A stretch of DNA of 64,000 nucleotides from a virus (IMGVR_UViG_3300032271_000682:25796-89795), one strand, 5' to 3'. Shown: positions 39,271-49,616, numbered from the stretch's first letter. A program made the numbers and translations. The notes: a model not told the origin generated them from the letters alone.

Positions 39271-40514
39271 ATGACTAAAGCACGCAAGCCCACTCATATC
39301 AAAGCGTTGAACGTAGAACTCATGGAACTCTTTCGTCAACACAAAGTAGGGTTGATCACTGACATTGAGTTTCTTCAATACTGTCAAGAGATTCAAGACT
39401 CTTACGCTAAGTTAGACATGACTGGGCTGTACGATGGCAATGGTATTCGCTTCACTAGCAACCCTTTTGTTAAGTAAGGAGTAGTTAATGACTACAGCAA
39501 CCTATCAAGCTCTGACTGAGCAAGAGAAACGTGAAGTTAGTATGTTCGGCATCACTGAGCAGGGCATGCGTCAAGCAGTCGAGTCTAGCTCTTCTTTTCG
39601 TTATGGCGAATTCGCTATGATCGCTGCCAGTATGATGAGCGATGCTCAAGAAATGATGGCTTACGAACAGCCAGACTTCAACACGATTGAAGATCAGCGT
39701 CAATTGCTGAATCGTGCCAAGTGGGTATTGTTTGAATATGTCTTAAATAAGGATTAAAATGTTTGATCGTGAAAAAGCAATTAGCGTATTAGTTGAATTA
39801 TTGGTAGAAGATTTCAATCAAGGCGTATTGTGTTTAGACAATATACTTATTGACGGTTATCGCGGAATTGACGATCTTTCTGATGAGGAACTAATGGTAG
39901 AATTAGAAGATCGTGACGTTTCTTATTTACTCGGAGACAATGATGAATAAGCGTATTGTACTTACAATAGTGGTTGAAATCGACAAAGATGCTGATATCA
40001 GTGACTTTATTCAAGAATTAGACTATAATATTACTCATCCGACCATTGTCGTTACCGACATGGAACTTATTGATGTCTCGGAAACCTACAGCGGAGATTT
40101 AAAATGAATTGGAATTTAGAAGGCATGAAAGTTGAAGGCGTTTATATGGGCGAATTCCCAGTTACTGGGAAAGTCGATTACAGTCGTGTAACATACGGCG
40201 GCGAAGTCACTCACGGAGTTGTACTGGATACGCCAATTATGGTTTATGGCGCATTGCGTGAGCGAGTCAGTCTTGAACACAAATACATTGATCGCGTATT
40301 CGATGATAATCAAGAGTTTGCTTAAATGGGCAAAGTCAAAGCATGGTATATGGAATTAATCGAACAAAATCCAGAATGGGGTTTTGATCCGCCAGATTAT
40401 GAAATGGTTATTATGGACAATTTAGAATCTCGTCGACCACTTACAGTGGAAGAAATTAATCTTATTGCCGTAGAAGCATCAAAAATGGATAAGTCCAGTT
40501 CAAAAAACTCTTGA
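39271..40514 (+). other. Run of six small early genes
   Basis: ORFs at 39271, 39488, 39759, ~39940, 40104 and 40326, closely spaced or coupled. Confidence 0.65.
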
Positions 40515-40630
40515 CTTTAAATCCATTATTAAGTATACTATAATTTCAATGAAACATTGTGAGTATCATCTGGGTTCACAATTGTTTCTTATATATTCTC
40601 CAGATGTTTTAATCTTTAAGGAAATACAAA

Positions 40631-41077
40631 ATGGCTAAGCGTGATACTCTTTGGACTTGTGTCGGAATCACTAAACACGTTGGATCTAATAACTTAGAAG
40701 TTGTTAAGGTTCGATGTGGTGTGGATCTCACTCGTCGCATTAAATCGTCACAGTCAAAGTCTTATGTCAAAAGCAAGGGCGAGAAATTGACCGAAGTTCG
40801 TACGGACTTTATCAATCTTCCTACTCCAATGTTGCGACTAGAGGCACTTCAGTTTGCATTGGCAGCACCTGAGTTTCAATCGTCTGAAGATCAAGCATTG
40901 ATTCAAGAACAAATTGATACTCGTACTCCCAAGGAACCTCGTGTCTCAAAAGTAAAGAAAGAAAAAGTGGTTAAATCGACAAAAACTAAAAAAGTCGAAT
41001 TGTCACTGGATTCTATCAAGACTCGTAGTAAACGAAAAGCATCAGTAGAAGATGTTTTGAACGCTGTCACTGAATAA
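40631..41077 (+). CDS. Basic hypothetical protein, probably nucleic-acid binding
   Basis: Lys-rich tail; own promoter TTGACT(40511)-17-TATACT. Confidence 0.65.
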   Translation: MAKRDTLWTCVGITKHVGSNNLEVVKVRCGVDLTRRIKSSQSKSYVKSKGEKLTEVRTDFINLPTPMLRLEALQFALAAPEFQSSEDQALIQEQIDTRTPKEPRVSKVKKEKVVKSTKTKKVELSLDSIKTRSKRKASVEDVLNAVTE

Positions 41078-41092
41078 GTGATAGTTACAGAG

Positions 41093-41125
41093 TCGATGAC
41101 TAGAATCTCACTAGTCATCGATTTT
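41093..41125 (+). terminator. 11-bp hairpin / probable terminator
   Basis: tcgatgactag-aatctca-ctagtcatcga-tttt. Confidence 0.7.
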
Positions 41126-41157
41126 GTTTATATTGGTTACAAAAAGATAAGTAATAG

Positions 41158-42378
41158 ATGACTCAAATATTACACTGCTCATTCTGCACTAAACACAAAA
41201 ATGCCGTTAAAAAATTAATTGTAGGCGAAAGTTCGGCAATCTGTGACGGTTGTATAACATATTGTACCGAATTGCTCATCACTGATGACGAAATCGATAA
41301 AATTTCTGAATCATCACATTCATCATTATATCCAGATGATATTAAACGATTCTTGGATGAGTACATAGTCGGACAAGATCACGCAAAGAAAATCATAAGT
41401 GTCGCCGTTTCTAATCATTACAAAAGAATCAATAATAAAAGCGACACCATAATACAAAAAAGCAACGTACTAATAGTTGGCCCAACTGGGTCTGGAAAAA
41501 CTCTGCTTGCTAAAACTGTAGCAAAATATCTAGACGTACCATTTGTAATCGCAGATGCCACCTCATTAACTGAGGCTGGATACGTTGGCGATGATGTCGA
41601 ATCAATGATCGGTAGACTAGTAGCAGCGGCTGGAGGCGACATTGAAAGAGCGCAACGAGGCATCGTATTCATTGATGAAATTGATAAAATTTCTAGAAAA
41701 TCAGAGGGCGCATCTATCACTCGTGATGTAAGCGGTGAAGGCGTTCAACAAGCTCTACTTAAATTAGTAGAAGGAACTGTTTGTAGAATTCCACAACGTG
41801 GCAGAAGAAAAAATCCTAGCCAAGAAATGCTAGAAGTAGATACTACTAACATTCTCTTTATTTCTGGCGGAGCTTTTGTTGGTCTTAAAGATATAGTTGC
41901 TAATCGTATTGATGGTAACAGTATTGGTTTTTCTGCCAATCTTTCAGATAAATCTCAAGATCAAAATTACTTAGAAAAACTAATGCCAGATGATCTGACT
42001 AAATTCGGAATGATACCAGAATTTACTGGTCGCTTTCCTAGTCTAGTCAGCATTACTGAACTTAATAAAGAACAACTAATTAGTATTCTTACTAGCGTAA
42101 AAAATAATTACATTCAACAGTATGTATATCTTCTTGGACTAGATAATATAGAATTGACTTTTGGTTCAGACGCAATAGATCAGATAGCAGAAAATTGTTT
42201 GAAATTAAAGACAGGCGCTCGTGGATTACATAGTGAGATTGAACGAGTATTACTACCACATATGTACGATGCTCAAAGTTACCAAAAGAACAATATAACT
42301 AAGATAAATATCACTAGAGAATTAGTTGACAAACCAAGAATATTAACAGAGGATGTAAATGAAGGTAATAAATCATAA
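41158..42378 (+). CDS. clpX: Clp protease ATP-binding subunit ClpX
   Basis: CSFC/CDGC Zn domain, [31 protein letters not shown] loop, TGARGL. Confidence 0.95.
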   Translation: MTQILHCSFCTKHKNAVKKLIVGESSAICDGCITYCTELLITDDEIDKISESSHSSLYPDDIKRFLDEYIVGQDHAKKIISVAVSNHYKRINNKSDTIIQKSNVLIVGPTGSGKTLLAKTVAKYLDVPFVIADATSLTEAGYVGDDVESMIGRLVAAAGGDIERAQRGIVFIDEIDKISRKSEGASITRDVSGEGVQQALLKLVEGTVCRIPQRGRRKNPSQEMLEVDTTNILFISGGAFVGLKDIVANRIDGNSIGFSANLSDKSQDQNYLEKLMPDDLTKFGMIPEFTGRFPSLVSITELNKEQLISILTSVKNNYIQQYVYLLGLDNIELTFGSDAIDQIAENCLKLKTGARGLHSEIERVLLPHMYDAQSYQKNNITKINITRELVDKPRILTEDVNEGNKS

Positions 42379-42565
42379 AGATAATTTTGAGCAAACGCTT
42401 AGAAAGTTTAAAAATAAAGTAGCTGATAGTGGATTACTAGAAGAAATACGCGCTCGTCAAACTTACGAAAAACCAACTACTACTAGAAAAGTAAAAGCAG
42501 CGAAAGCAAAGAGTCGTTGGAAGAAATACTTGCGTAGTCAAGAATTGCCTAAAAAATTGTATTGA
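42359..42565 (+). CDS. rpsU: Ribosomal protein bS21
   Basis: LRKFKNKV...[20 protein letters not shown]. Confidence 0.9.
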   Translation: MKVINHKDNFEQTLRKFKNKVADSGLLEEIRARQTYEKPTTTRKVKAAKAKSRWKKYLRSQELPKKLY

Positions 42566-42585
42566 ACATATTTCAGGAAAATAGA

Positions 42586-43014
42586 ATGAATGATACTAAT
42601 GAATTTCGTAATTTAATCGATATTGTGGAATCAATTGATTCACGACCACAATATCGGGTTGGTCTTTGTGATGCTTTTGCAATAGCATTGCATCAATTAA
42701 CTAAACTACCACTTGGTGCATGGGTAGGAGAGTACTACGATGATTTTACAGAAGAAACTGAGTTAGAATACGCACACTTATGCGTAGTAGTTTCGTTTGA
42801 AAATAAAACGTGGATTGATGTGGATGGATTGCATAATGAATTACCTAAAAATATTCATTTCGACAATCAGATTGAAAGTATAAAACTCATTGCAGTGACG
42901 GAAAACGACGCAAGAGAAATATTTACCGTCGAAGATTTAGATGATGATATCGAAACAGCCAAAGATTTTATTCGATCAGATATGCTAATGAGACAAGTTA
43001 TCAATCAGTTATGA
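42586..43014 (+). CDS. Putative papain/transglutaminase-fold enzyme with leader
   Basis: GLCDAFAIAL (Cys), AHLCV (His), WIDVDG (Asp); leader EFRNLIDIVE. Confidence 0.5.
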   Translation: MNDTNEFRNLIDIVESIDSRPQYRVGLCDAFAIALHQLTKLPLGAWVGEYYDDFTEETELEYAHLCVVVSFENKTWIDVDGLHNELPKNIHFDNQIESIKLIAVTENDAREIFTVEDLDDDIETAKDFIRSDMLMRQVINQL

Positions 43015-43589
43015 TTCTTGTTTATATACATGGTGCTAATGCCACCGGAAATAGTTTCAATTACATTAGACAGCAGTTAAAGCATGATCACGAGCTAGTA
43101 ATAGAGTATGATAGTAAAGATGGATTTGAACATAATTTAGAGTCAATGAAATCTCAATTGAAAGATCATAAAGATATATTTTTTATATGTCATAGTCTTG
43201 GTGGTATATATGCCGTTCATCTAAGTGACTGGTTTTCTAATAATGTATTAGGTGCTGTGACATTAAGTACGCCGTACAATGGAGCAGAAATAGCAGATTA
43301 TGTCAAACATATGCTGCCATTCAATAAACTATTACGCGATATAGGAACTAATAGTGTCCCTATCAAGACATCTCTGAATATTACAATACAGCATCCATGG
43401 ACAAACATAGTAACTACTCAGGGTGTAAGTCCATGGGTAAATCAACCAAATGACGGAGTGGTTAGTATTAAAAGTATGACATATAGAGATGATATGGATT
43501 TGATTGAGATAAAATCAAATCACTATGAAGTGGTTCTTAGTCCAATTACTATAAATATTATTAAAGATACACTTAAAGAGATAAAATAA
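43011..43589 (+). CDS. Alpha/beta hydrolase
   Basis: IHG, CHSLGG nucleophile elbow, TPYNG, NDGVV, NHY. Confidence 0.88.
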   Translation: MILVYIHGANATGNSFNYIRQQLKHDHELVIEYDSKDGFEHNLESMKSQLKDHKDIFFICHSLGGIYAVHLSDWFSNNVLGAVTLSTPYNGAEIADYVKHMLPFNKLLRDIGTNSVPIKTSLNITIQHPWTNIVTTQGVSPWVNQPNDGVVSIKSMTYRDDMDLIEIKSNHYEVVLSPITINIIKDTLKEIK

Positions 43590-43652
43590 TAACATATCTT
43601 GACATTTGATTCAAGTATAAATATAATAGTGATACTACAAAGGAGATTTATT

Positions 43653-43769
43653 ATGTTTGAAATATTATTATGGCTTGCAGTAGGAGTATTTGTTGGGTGG
43701 AATTTCCCACAACCAGAATTTGCTAAAAATATTCAATCAAAACTTACTGGACTAATTAAAAGTAAATAG
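43653..43769 (+). CDS. Small membrane protein (38 aa)
   Basis: AGGAG RBS; MFEILLWLAVGVFVGWNFPQP. Confidence 0.65.
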   Translation: MFEILLWLAVGVFVGWNFPQPEFAKNIQSKLTGLIKSK

Positions 43770-43782
43770 AAGAGATAAAATA

Positions 43783-44346
43783 ATGGCAACTTGTCTGACA
43801 TGTAATAAAGAGTTTGAAATTCGTCCATGGTTCAAACAGTATTGCTCATCTGATTGTAAGGGTGCTATTAATGCAGGCATGCCGGCTTGGAATAAAGGTC
43901 TGAAAATGACTGATGAACAAAAGTCAAAAATGAATTTAGAAGGATTTAAATTGGGTTGGGGTTGGAATAAGGGTATACCAAATGAAATTGCTAGACAAAG
44001 AATGATCATTAATAACCCAAACAAAGATGGAAAGGTAAATAATTCTAGACCAAAAAAACTGATTGAAGATGAATTCATATTATATAAAAGAGAATGTAAG
44101 AAAGCAACTTATAGATCATGGTATAAAATGAAAAAAGAAGGATTGATTCCAGAAAATACTGGGAAAAGAAAAGATCAATTTCAACTTGATCATATTATCC
44201 CATTCAAACAAGGATTTGATTTGAAAATAGATCCTAGTATTATTGGTGGAATGAAAAACTTAAGATATATTTTAGGTGAAGATAATCGTAAAAAATGGGA
44301 TAGTTATCAGCCCATCAATGTTGTAACTAGTATTATAGGAGATTAA
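43783..44346 (+). mobile_element. Free-standing HNH homing endonuclease with NUMOD3-type repeats
   Basis: N-terminal CxxC...CxxxC; PAWNKGLK and GWNKGIP repeats; QLDHIIP...NL...N HNH core. Confidence 0.85.
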
Positions 44347-44347
44347 A

Positions 44348-44756
44348 ATGGCATATTCGGCTGCTGTACTGGATCATTATGAAAATCCAAGAAATGTAGG
44401 ATCATTTGATAAGGAGGAAATAGCGCAAGTGGGAACCGGCATGGTCGGTGCTCCCGCTTGCGGTTAACGGAGATGTAATGAAGTTACAAATCAAAGTCAT
44501 TGATGGAATTATTACAGATGCTAAGTTTAAAACATACGGGTGCGGTAGTGCCATTGCCAGTTCATCATTAGTCACTGAATGGGTCAAGGGAAAAACTCTT
44601 GATGAAGCAGCGACAATTAAAAACACTCAAATCGCTCAAGAACTCGCTCTTCCGCCGGTCAAGATTCACTGTTCAATACTTGCAGAAGATGCTATTAAAG
44701 CTGCTATAGCAGATTATAGGAAAAAGCATGATGTTATCTCTGAAGTATTGGCCTGA
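44348..44756 (+). CDS. iscU: Fe-S scaffold IscU, interrupted by a 7-nt insertion (stop + frame change) at 44465-44471
   Basis: Frame A 44348-44467 MAYSAAVLDHYENPRNVG...GAPACG*; frame +1 continues GDVMKLQ...FKTYGCGSAIASSS...LPPVKIHCSILAEDAI. Confidence 0.9.
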
Positions 44757-45219
44757 TCCAGTGCTATTAAAGCCATGTGCATTGTGGGACTTTAATAATC
44801 CCCCAGTTCAAACCGATTTTTTAATGGCTGACATGATAGAGACCATGGCTAAAAGTGGCGGCATAGGATTAGCTGCCAATCAAGTTGGGATATCATATCG
44901 TGTTATAACAATGCACATACAGGAAACTGACGAATATATTACAATGTTCAATCCAGAAATTGTATCAATCAGTGAGCATATGTATGTTGCTCGTGAAGGA
45001 TGTTTAAGTTTCCCACGAGTGATGATTGATGTTGAGAGACCAAAAACAGTAGAAGCAACTTGGATGAATAGAAATCAAAAACTTGAAACTAGAACATTCA
45101 GTGATATTGATGCTAAGTGTTTTCTACATGAAATTGATCACTTGAATGGGATTACGTTTAAGGATCATATTAGTCAACTTAAATTTGACAGAGCAGTTAA
45201 ACGGGCAAAGAAAAAATGA
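44728..45219 (+). CDS. def: Peptide deformylase
   Basis: GIGLAANQVG, EGCLSFP, HEIDHLNG. Confidence 0.95.
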   Translation: MMLSLKYWPDPVLLKPCALWDFNNPPVQTDFLMADMIETMAKSGGIGLAANQVGISYRVITMHIQETDEYITMFNPEIVSISEHMYVAREGCLSFPRVMIDVERPKTVEATWMNRNQKLETRTFSDIDAKCFLHEIDHLNGITFKDHISQLKFDRAVKRAKKK

Positions 45220-45542
45220 TTACTATTACTGAAACAGCAGCAAAGAAAATCGTTAGCAATATTGCTAAACGTGGACATGGTCAGGGCATTAAAGTTGGAG
45301 TAAAGACAACTGGGTGTAGTGGGCTTGCGTATGTATTAGAATATCTAGACGAAGCTCCTTGTACTTGGGACTGGATTCAATACGAGCGTGACGATGCACG
45401 AGTTTGGGTCAATCAAAAAGACTTGGTTTACATTGATGGTCTACAAATTGATTATGTGAAAAAAGGATTGAATGAAGGTTTTGATTTCACGAATCCCAAA
45501 GAATCTGCTAGATGTGGATGCGGAGAATCTTTTACAATTTGA
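45216..45542 (+). CDS. iscA: Fe-S assembly protein IscA/HesB
   Basis: TTGCSGLAY, CGCGESF. Confidence 0.93.
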   Translation: MITITETAAKKIVSNIAKRGHGQGIKVGVKTTGCSGLAYVLEYLDEAPCTWDWIQYERDDARVWVNQKDLVYIDGLQIDYVKKGLNEGFDFTNPKESARCGCGESFTI

Positions 45543-45618
45543 GTGATTATGTATAAATAATAATGTAAGATGCCGAATGGTCGGGTCTTATAAGTCATCT
45601 GCCTAACAGGAGAAAAAC

Positions 45619-46056
45619 ATGACAAGAACGCTAACTCTCAGAAGTCTGGACATTCCGTCCATTGCCAAATTCGGAATTGGTTTTGAAAATTCATTCGCTG
45701 AATTACTCAGATTATCCGAACAACAATCCAACACAAATTATCCACCGTATAATGTAGTCAGACAAACTGATGATAAGTTTTATATTGAAATTGCCACTGC
45801 TGGATTTACTCAGGGCGAAGTCAAAGTTGAACTTGACAATCAGTTATTGACAATTGTTGGTCAAAAATTGGATAATTCTACGGTAGAATATCTACATCAT
45901 GGTATATCCAATAGAAGTTTTGAAAGAGTTTTCAAATTGGGTGAATATGTAGAAGTAACTGATGCTCAACACAAAGATGGAATTCTTACTATCTATTTGG
46001 AACGACATATTCCGGAAGCAATGAAGCCAAAAACGATTGACATTAAGTATATTTGA
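45619..46056 (+). CDS. Small heat-shock protein (Hsp20/IbpA-like)
   Basis: NYPPYNV, EIATAGF, YLHHGISNRSFER, DGIL. Confidence 0.93.
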   Translation: MTRTLTLRSLDIPSIAKFGIGFENSFAELLRLSEQQSNTNYPPYNVVRQTDDKFYIEIATAGFTQGEVKVELDNQLLTIVGQKLDNSTVEYLHHGISNRSFERVFKLGEYVEVTDAQHKDGILTIYLERHIPEAMKPKTIDIKYI

Positions 46057-46120
46057 TAGTATAATAAATACTATTGTGAGTGGTAATTTGCCACTCACAT
46101 CAACTTCTCAAGGATTCAAT

Positions 46121-46426
46121 ATGAGCAAAACTGAAATTATCACAAAATTAAAACCAAATCTGAATATTTCAGAGCCTTCATTTTATAAAGTATTTTACAT
46201 CAATGATGACGTTACAACAATGGAGTTTGTTGTTGAATCATTGATTCAATATTTTGATCATACTGAAGATAGTGCCCTTAATTTAACTAGTAGCATACAC
46301 GATAGTGGTAGCGCAGTAGTTGCTATATTACCATATGAACTTGCTGAACAGCGTGGTATAGAAGTCACTATTGATGCTCGTAGACAAGGATATCCACTTG
46401 AAGTCAAGATCGAAGCAGAAGGTTAA
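46121..46426 (+). CDS. clpS: Clp adaptor ClpS
   Basis: YKVFYINDDVTTMEFVV, IHDSGSAVV, GYPL. Confidence 0.9.
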   Translation: MSKTEIITKLKPNLNISEPSFYKVFYINDDVTTMEFVVESLIQYFDHTEDSALNLTSSIHDSGSAVVAILPYELAEQRGIEVTIDARRQGYPLEVKIEAEG

Positions 46427-47128
46427 TTAGATATCTATCTTTTTAGGAAAGTATAACAGTCCAGATGTAACTGGATTGTTTACATATTGTCTATCGTTTA
46501 GCTTTACATCAACCTTAATGTCATTAGTTCCAAACAACCATTTTGTAATTTTACTATTGTTATCAAATAGCAAACTTAAACTTAAATTAAATTTATGTGG
46601 TAAATCTACATTTGGACTATTGAATCCAAAATATTCACCTGGAATACTATTGGTGATGATAACTACTTTTTTTACTTCGTTCATATTCTGAACTCGTTTG
46701 ATACTCAGACTAAGATATCCCAAATCATCTGCTCTATATTGTTCTAGATAATCTAAATCTTCTATAGAAGTTAGATTTTTTCTATTACCATACCAACCAT
46801 TACAGCCAATGAATGCCACGTTATTTAATATGACTAAATGATTGTGTAAATAAACCACATTATTTAATCTCTGACATATTTCTTTTATCTGATCTACTCT
46901 ATTAGAGTAGTCTTCTAATCGTGAATGTTCTAGACTTCCATCAATGAAAAAAACACCTCGATAGCTATTACTAAGATGTTCTAATGCATTTTCTAAAACT
47001 AATAAATCATCGCTTACATTACCCGCCACAACACAAAATAAACTAGTTGATTTTCCTTCCCAATCAAACATATCAGAATCGGTTAAATTTAAATCACTGA
47101 TTAGATCAACAGAAAAGTCATCATTCAT
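46427..47128 (-). CDS. Degenerate calcineurin-like metallophosphoesterase
   Basis: ISDLNL, VAGNV, IDGSLEH: metal ligands partly substituted. Confidence 0.6.
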   Translation of the reverse strand: MNDDFSVDLISDLNLTDSDMFDWEGKSTSLFCVVAGNVSDDLLVLENALEHLSNSYRGVFFIDGSLEHSRLEDYSNRVDQIKEICQRLNNVVYLHNHLVILNNVAFIGCNGWYGNRKNLTSIEDLDYLEQYRADDLGYLSLSIKRVQNMNEVKKVVIITNSIPGEYFGFNSPNVDLPHKFNLSLSLLFDNNSKITKWLFGTNDIKVDVKLNDRQYVNNPVTSGLLYFPKKIDI

Positions 47129-47130
47129 AA

Positions 47131-47478
47131 TTACTTTGTAATTTTTGGCTTTGTTCGTGACGAGGCAGATTTGGATGGAGTTTGATCTTTTGGTTCAGAT
47201 GTTGATTTTTGAGCGACAACTGGTTTAGTAGCAACTGCTTTAGTAGCGACTGGTTTTGCTCTAGGTTTTGCTCGTTCTCTTGGTTTATTAGAAACTTTTG
47301 GAGTTGATCCATTTACAACTTTTAGTGTTGGAGCAACATAAGTGGAAGTTGGAACTTCTACTACGGCAACTACTTCTGGTACAGGCTGTGGAGCTTCTAC
47401 TTTATATGGAGCTTCTGCCACAGGTACTGGTGGTTTGCCCAAAAAGAATTTTTTAATTTTTGTAAAAATGGTTAACAT
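47131..47478 (-). CDS. Lys/Pro/Ala-rich histone-like protein
   Basis: Low-complexity basic C-terminus; AGGAG RBS. Confidence 0.6.
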   Translation of the reverse strand: MLTIFTKIKKFFLGKPPVPVAEAPYKVEAPQPVPEVVAVVEVPTSTYVAPTLKVVNGSTPKVSNKPRERAKPRAKPVATKAVATKPVVAQKSTSEPKDQTPSKSASSRTKPKITK

Positions 47479-47557
47479 TGTATTTCTCCTATACAAATAT
47501 TTAGTACCAAATACGTTGACATAATATTTTTTCTATGATACACTTATATTTGAATAA

Positions 47558-48208
47558 ATGATTATAACGCAAGGAACATATATGATCAAAGATGTTACGG
47601 AAGAATTAGATAAAAGTCCAGGAGATGCTCTTAGATCAAATGGAATGTACGTTTTTATGGACGAAGTAAATTCAGAAACCATAAAGCCAGTAATTGAATG
47701 GATTTTATATGAAAATTATGTTTCCGTTCCGCGTAAAAAAGAATTACTGTTAATGATATGTAGTGAGGGTGGAGACTTATCTGCCGCATTTGCTCTTATT
47801 GATACAATGAAATCCAGTCAAATTCCAATTAAAACGGTAGGTCTTGGATTAATTGCCAGTTGTGGATTATTGATTTTTATTGCCGGAACAAAGGGTCGTC
47901 GTGTACTAACGCCAAATACCAGTATACTGAGTCATCAGTTTTCGGCTGGATCAGAAGGAAAAGCTCATGATTTATTTGCCACAGTCAAAGAGTTTGAACT
48001 CACTCAAGTACGAATGATCAATCATTATAAAGAATGTACTGGACTGTCCGAATCAATGATTAAAGAAAAATTACTACCGGCACAAGATATATGGCTAGAT
48101 GGCGAAGCAGCTCTTGAACTAAACATATGTGATGCCATATCAGAATCAAATTCTAAAAATGAATCGTCAAAAAAATCAAAAAAATCAAAAATCACTCTTC
48201 CAAAATAG
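47558..48208 (+). CDS. Divergent ClpP-like protease subunit
   Basis: ICSEGG, IASCG (Ser), LSHQ (His), QDIW (Asp). Confidence 0.85.
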   Translation: MIITQGTYMIKDVTEELDKSPGDALRSNGMYVFMDEVNSETIKPVIEWILYENYVSVPRKKELLLMICSEGGDLSAAFALIDTMKSSQIPIKTVGLGLIASCGLLIFIAGTKGRRVLTPNTSILSHQFSAGSEGKAHDLFATVKEFELTQVRMINHYKECTGLSESMIKEKLLPAQDIWLDGEAALELNICDAISESNSKNESSKKSKKSKITLPK

Positions 48209-48262
48209 TTGACTAATATCTAAATTTATACTATAATAGTAGTATATTATGGAGTATTAAAA

Positions 48263-49180
48263 ATGACAATGTTAGATCGCGCTCAAGGGTGTCTACTCGG
48301 ACTTGCAGTGGGCGATGCAGTTGGTACTACAGTAGAATTCAAAGATCGTGGTACTTTCCCACTCGTGACAGACATGGTAGGTGGTGGGCCTTTTAGTCTT
48401 AAGCCAGGACAATGGACTGATGACACTAGCATGGCTCTGTGTTTGGGTTATAGTTTAGTAGAAAAAGGGTTTGATCCACTTGATCAAATAACTCGCTATG
48501 TTGAATGGTTTGAAGAAGGATATATGAGTTGTACTGGCAGATGCTTTGACATTGGAGCAACAACTAAAGGATCACTTCGTTACTTTCAAAAAGACCCATT
48601 AAAAAATCCAATTGCTGGATCTACTCACTTTATGGATTCAGGTAACGGTGGCATTATGCGTCTTGCTCCGGTGCCAATCATGTATGCTCTGAACATGAAT
48701 AGAGCAATCGAACTAAGTGAAGTACAATCTATGATCACTCATGGTTCAGATGAATGTTTGAAAGCTGCTAGTATGTTTGGAGAAATTCTTGTACGCGCTC
48801 TAAATGACACGAGCAAAGAAGAAATTCTACGACTTGATATGTCTGAGTCAACTAGTGAACTAAAATCATTAGAAAACATTGCTCGTGGTACATATTTTAA
48901 CTCAACAGAAAACGATATACGTGGAAGTGGTTATGTAGTTGAATCATTGGAAGCAGCATTGTGGTGTTTTTATACTACTGAAAATTTCAAAGATTGTATT
49001 CTTAAAGCTGCCAATTTAGGTGATGATGCTGATACTACAGCAGCAATCGCTGGTCAAATAGCAGGAGCTTATTACGGATTAGCTGGTATTCCGGTTGAGT
49101 GGGTGCAACGAGTCGCTTGGAGTGATCGTATCCTAGAACTAGCAGCAGATTTGGTAAACAAACAAGAGGATGTAAAATAA
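48263..49180 (+). CDS. ADP-ribosylglycohydrolase (DraG/ARH family)
   Basis: GDAVG, WTDDT, GNGGIMR, GDDADTT. Confidence 0.93.
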   Translation: MTMLDRAQGCLLGLAVGDAVGTTVEFKDRGTFPLVTDMVGGGPFSLKPGQWTDDTSMALCLGYSLVEKGFDPLDQITRYVEWFEEGYMSCTGRCFDIGATTKGSLRYFQKDPLKNPIAGSTHFMDSGNGGIMRLAPVPIMYALNMNRAIELSEVQSMITHGSDECLKAASMFGEILVRALNDTSKEEILRLDMSESTSELKSLENIARGTYFNSTENDIRGSGYVVESLEAALWCFYTTENFKDCILKAANLGDDADTTAAIAGQIAGAYYGLAGIPVEWVQRVAWSDRILELAADLVNKQEDVK

Positions 49181-49616
49181 TGTTCTGGAACAAAAAAATT
49201 ATAGAAGTATTCAAAACTGATACTAGTAAACTTGACGATATTAAGGATCAAATGGACGATATAGATCGTGTATATAACAATCCTGAAAATGCCTACGAGA
49301 GTATGACCATAGAAAGATTTTCACGAGATGCCGAATCATTTCGTATTATGCAATCTTATTACGTCAAGTCTAAAATGTTGGCGCAATTTAAAAAAGACGT
49401 TGGTGAATTACGAGCTGTTGTAGAAGGCAACGGAGAATACTGGGGTACATATCAGCGTAGATACCAAGAATGTCAACTCAGATTGGAAGATGCTCAGTTA
49501 CACTTACGACTAGAAAAAGAAATGTATCTGAAACTGTATGAAAAGAATCGTGAGTTAGAAACCAAATTGTATATGGCAGAACGTGAATTAGAAATTTTAA
49601 AAACGGAGAAAGCAGA

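Noticed and set aside
44465-44471. Group I intron or stop-codon reassignment as the cause of the iscU break
   Set aside because: Seven nt cannot form a ribozyme; read-through alone does not fix the frame; TAA, TAG and TGA all end genes normally in this window.
44448-44756. ORF-track start MLPLAVNG for IscU
   Set aside because: The true N-terminus (MAYS...ACG) is in another frame from 44348; the track start is an artefact of the interruption.
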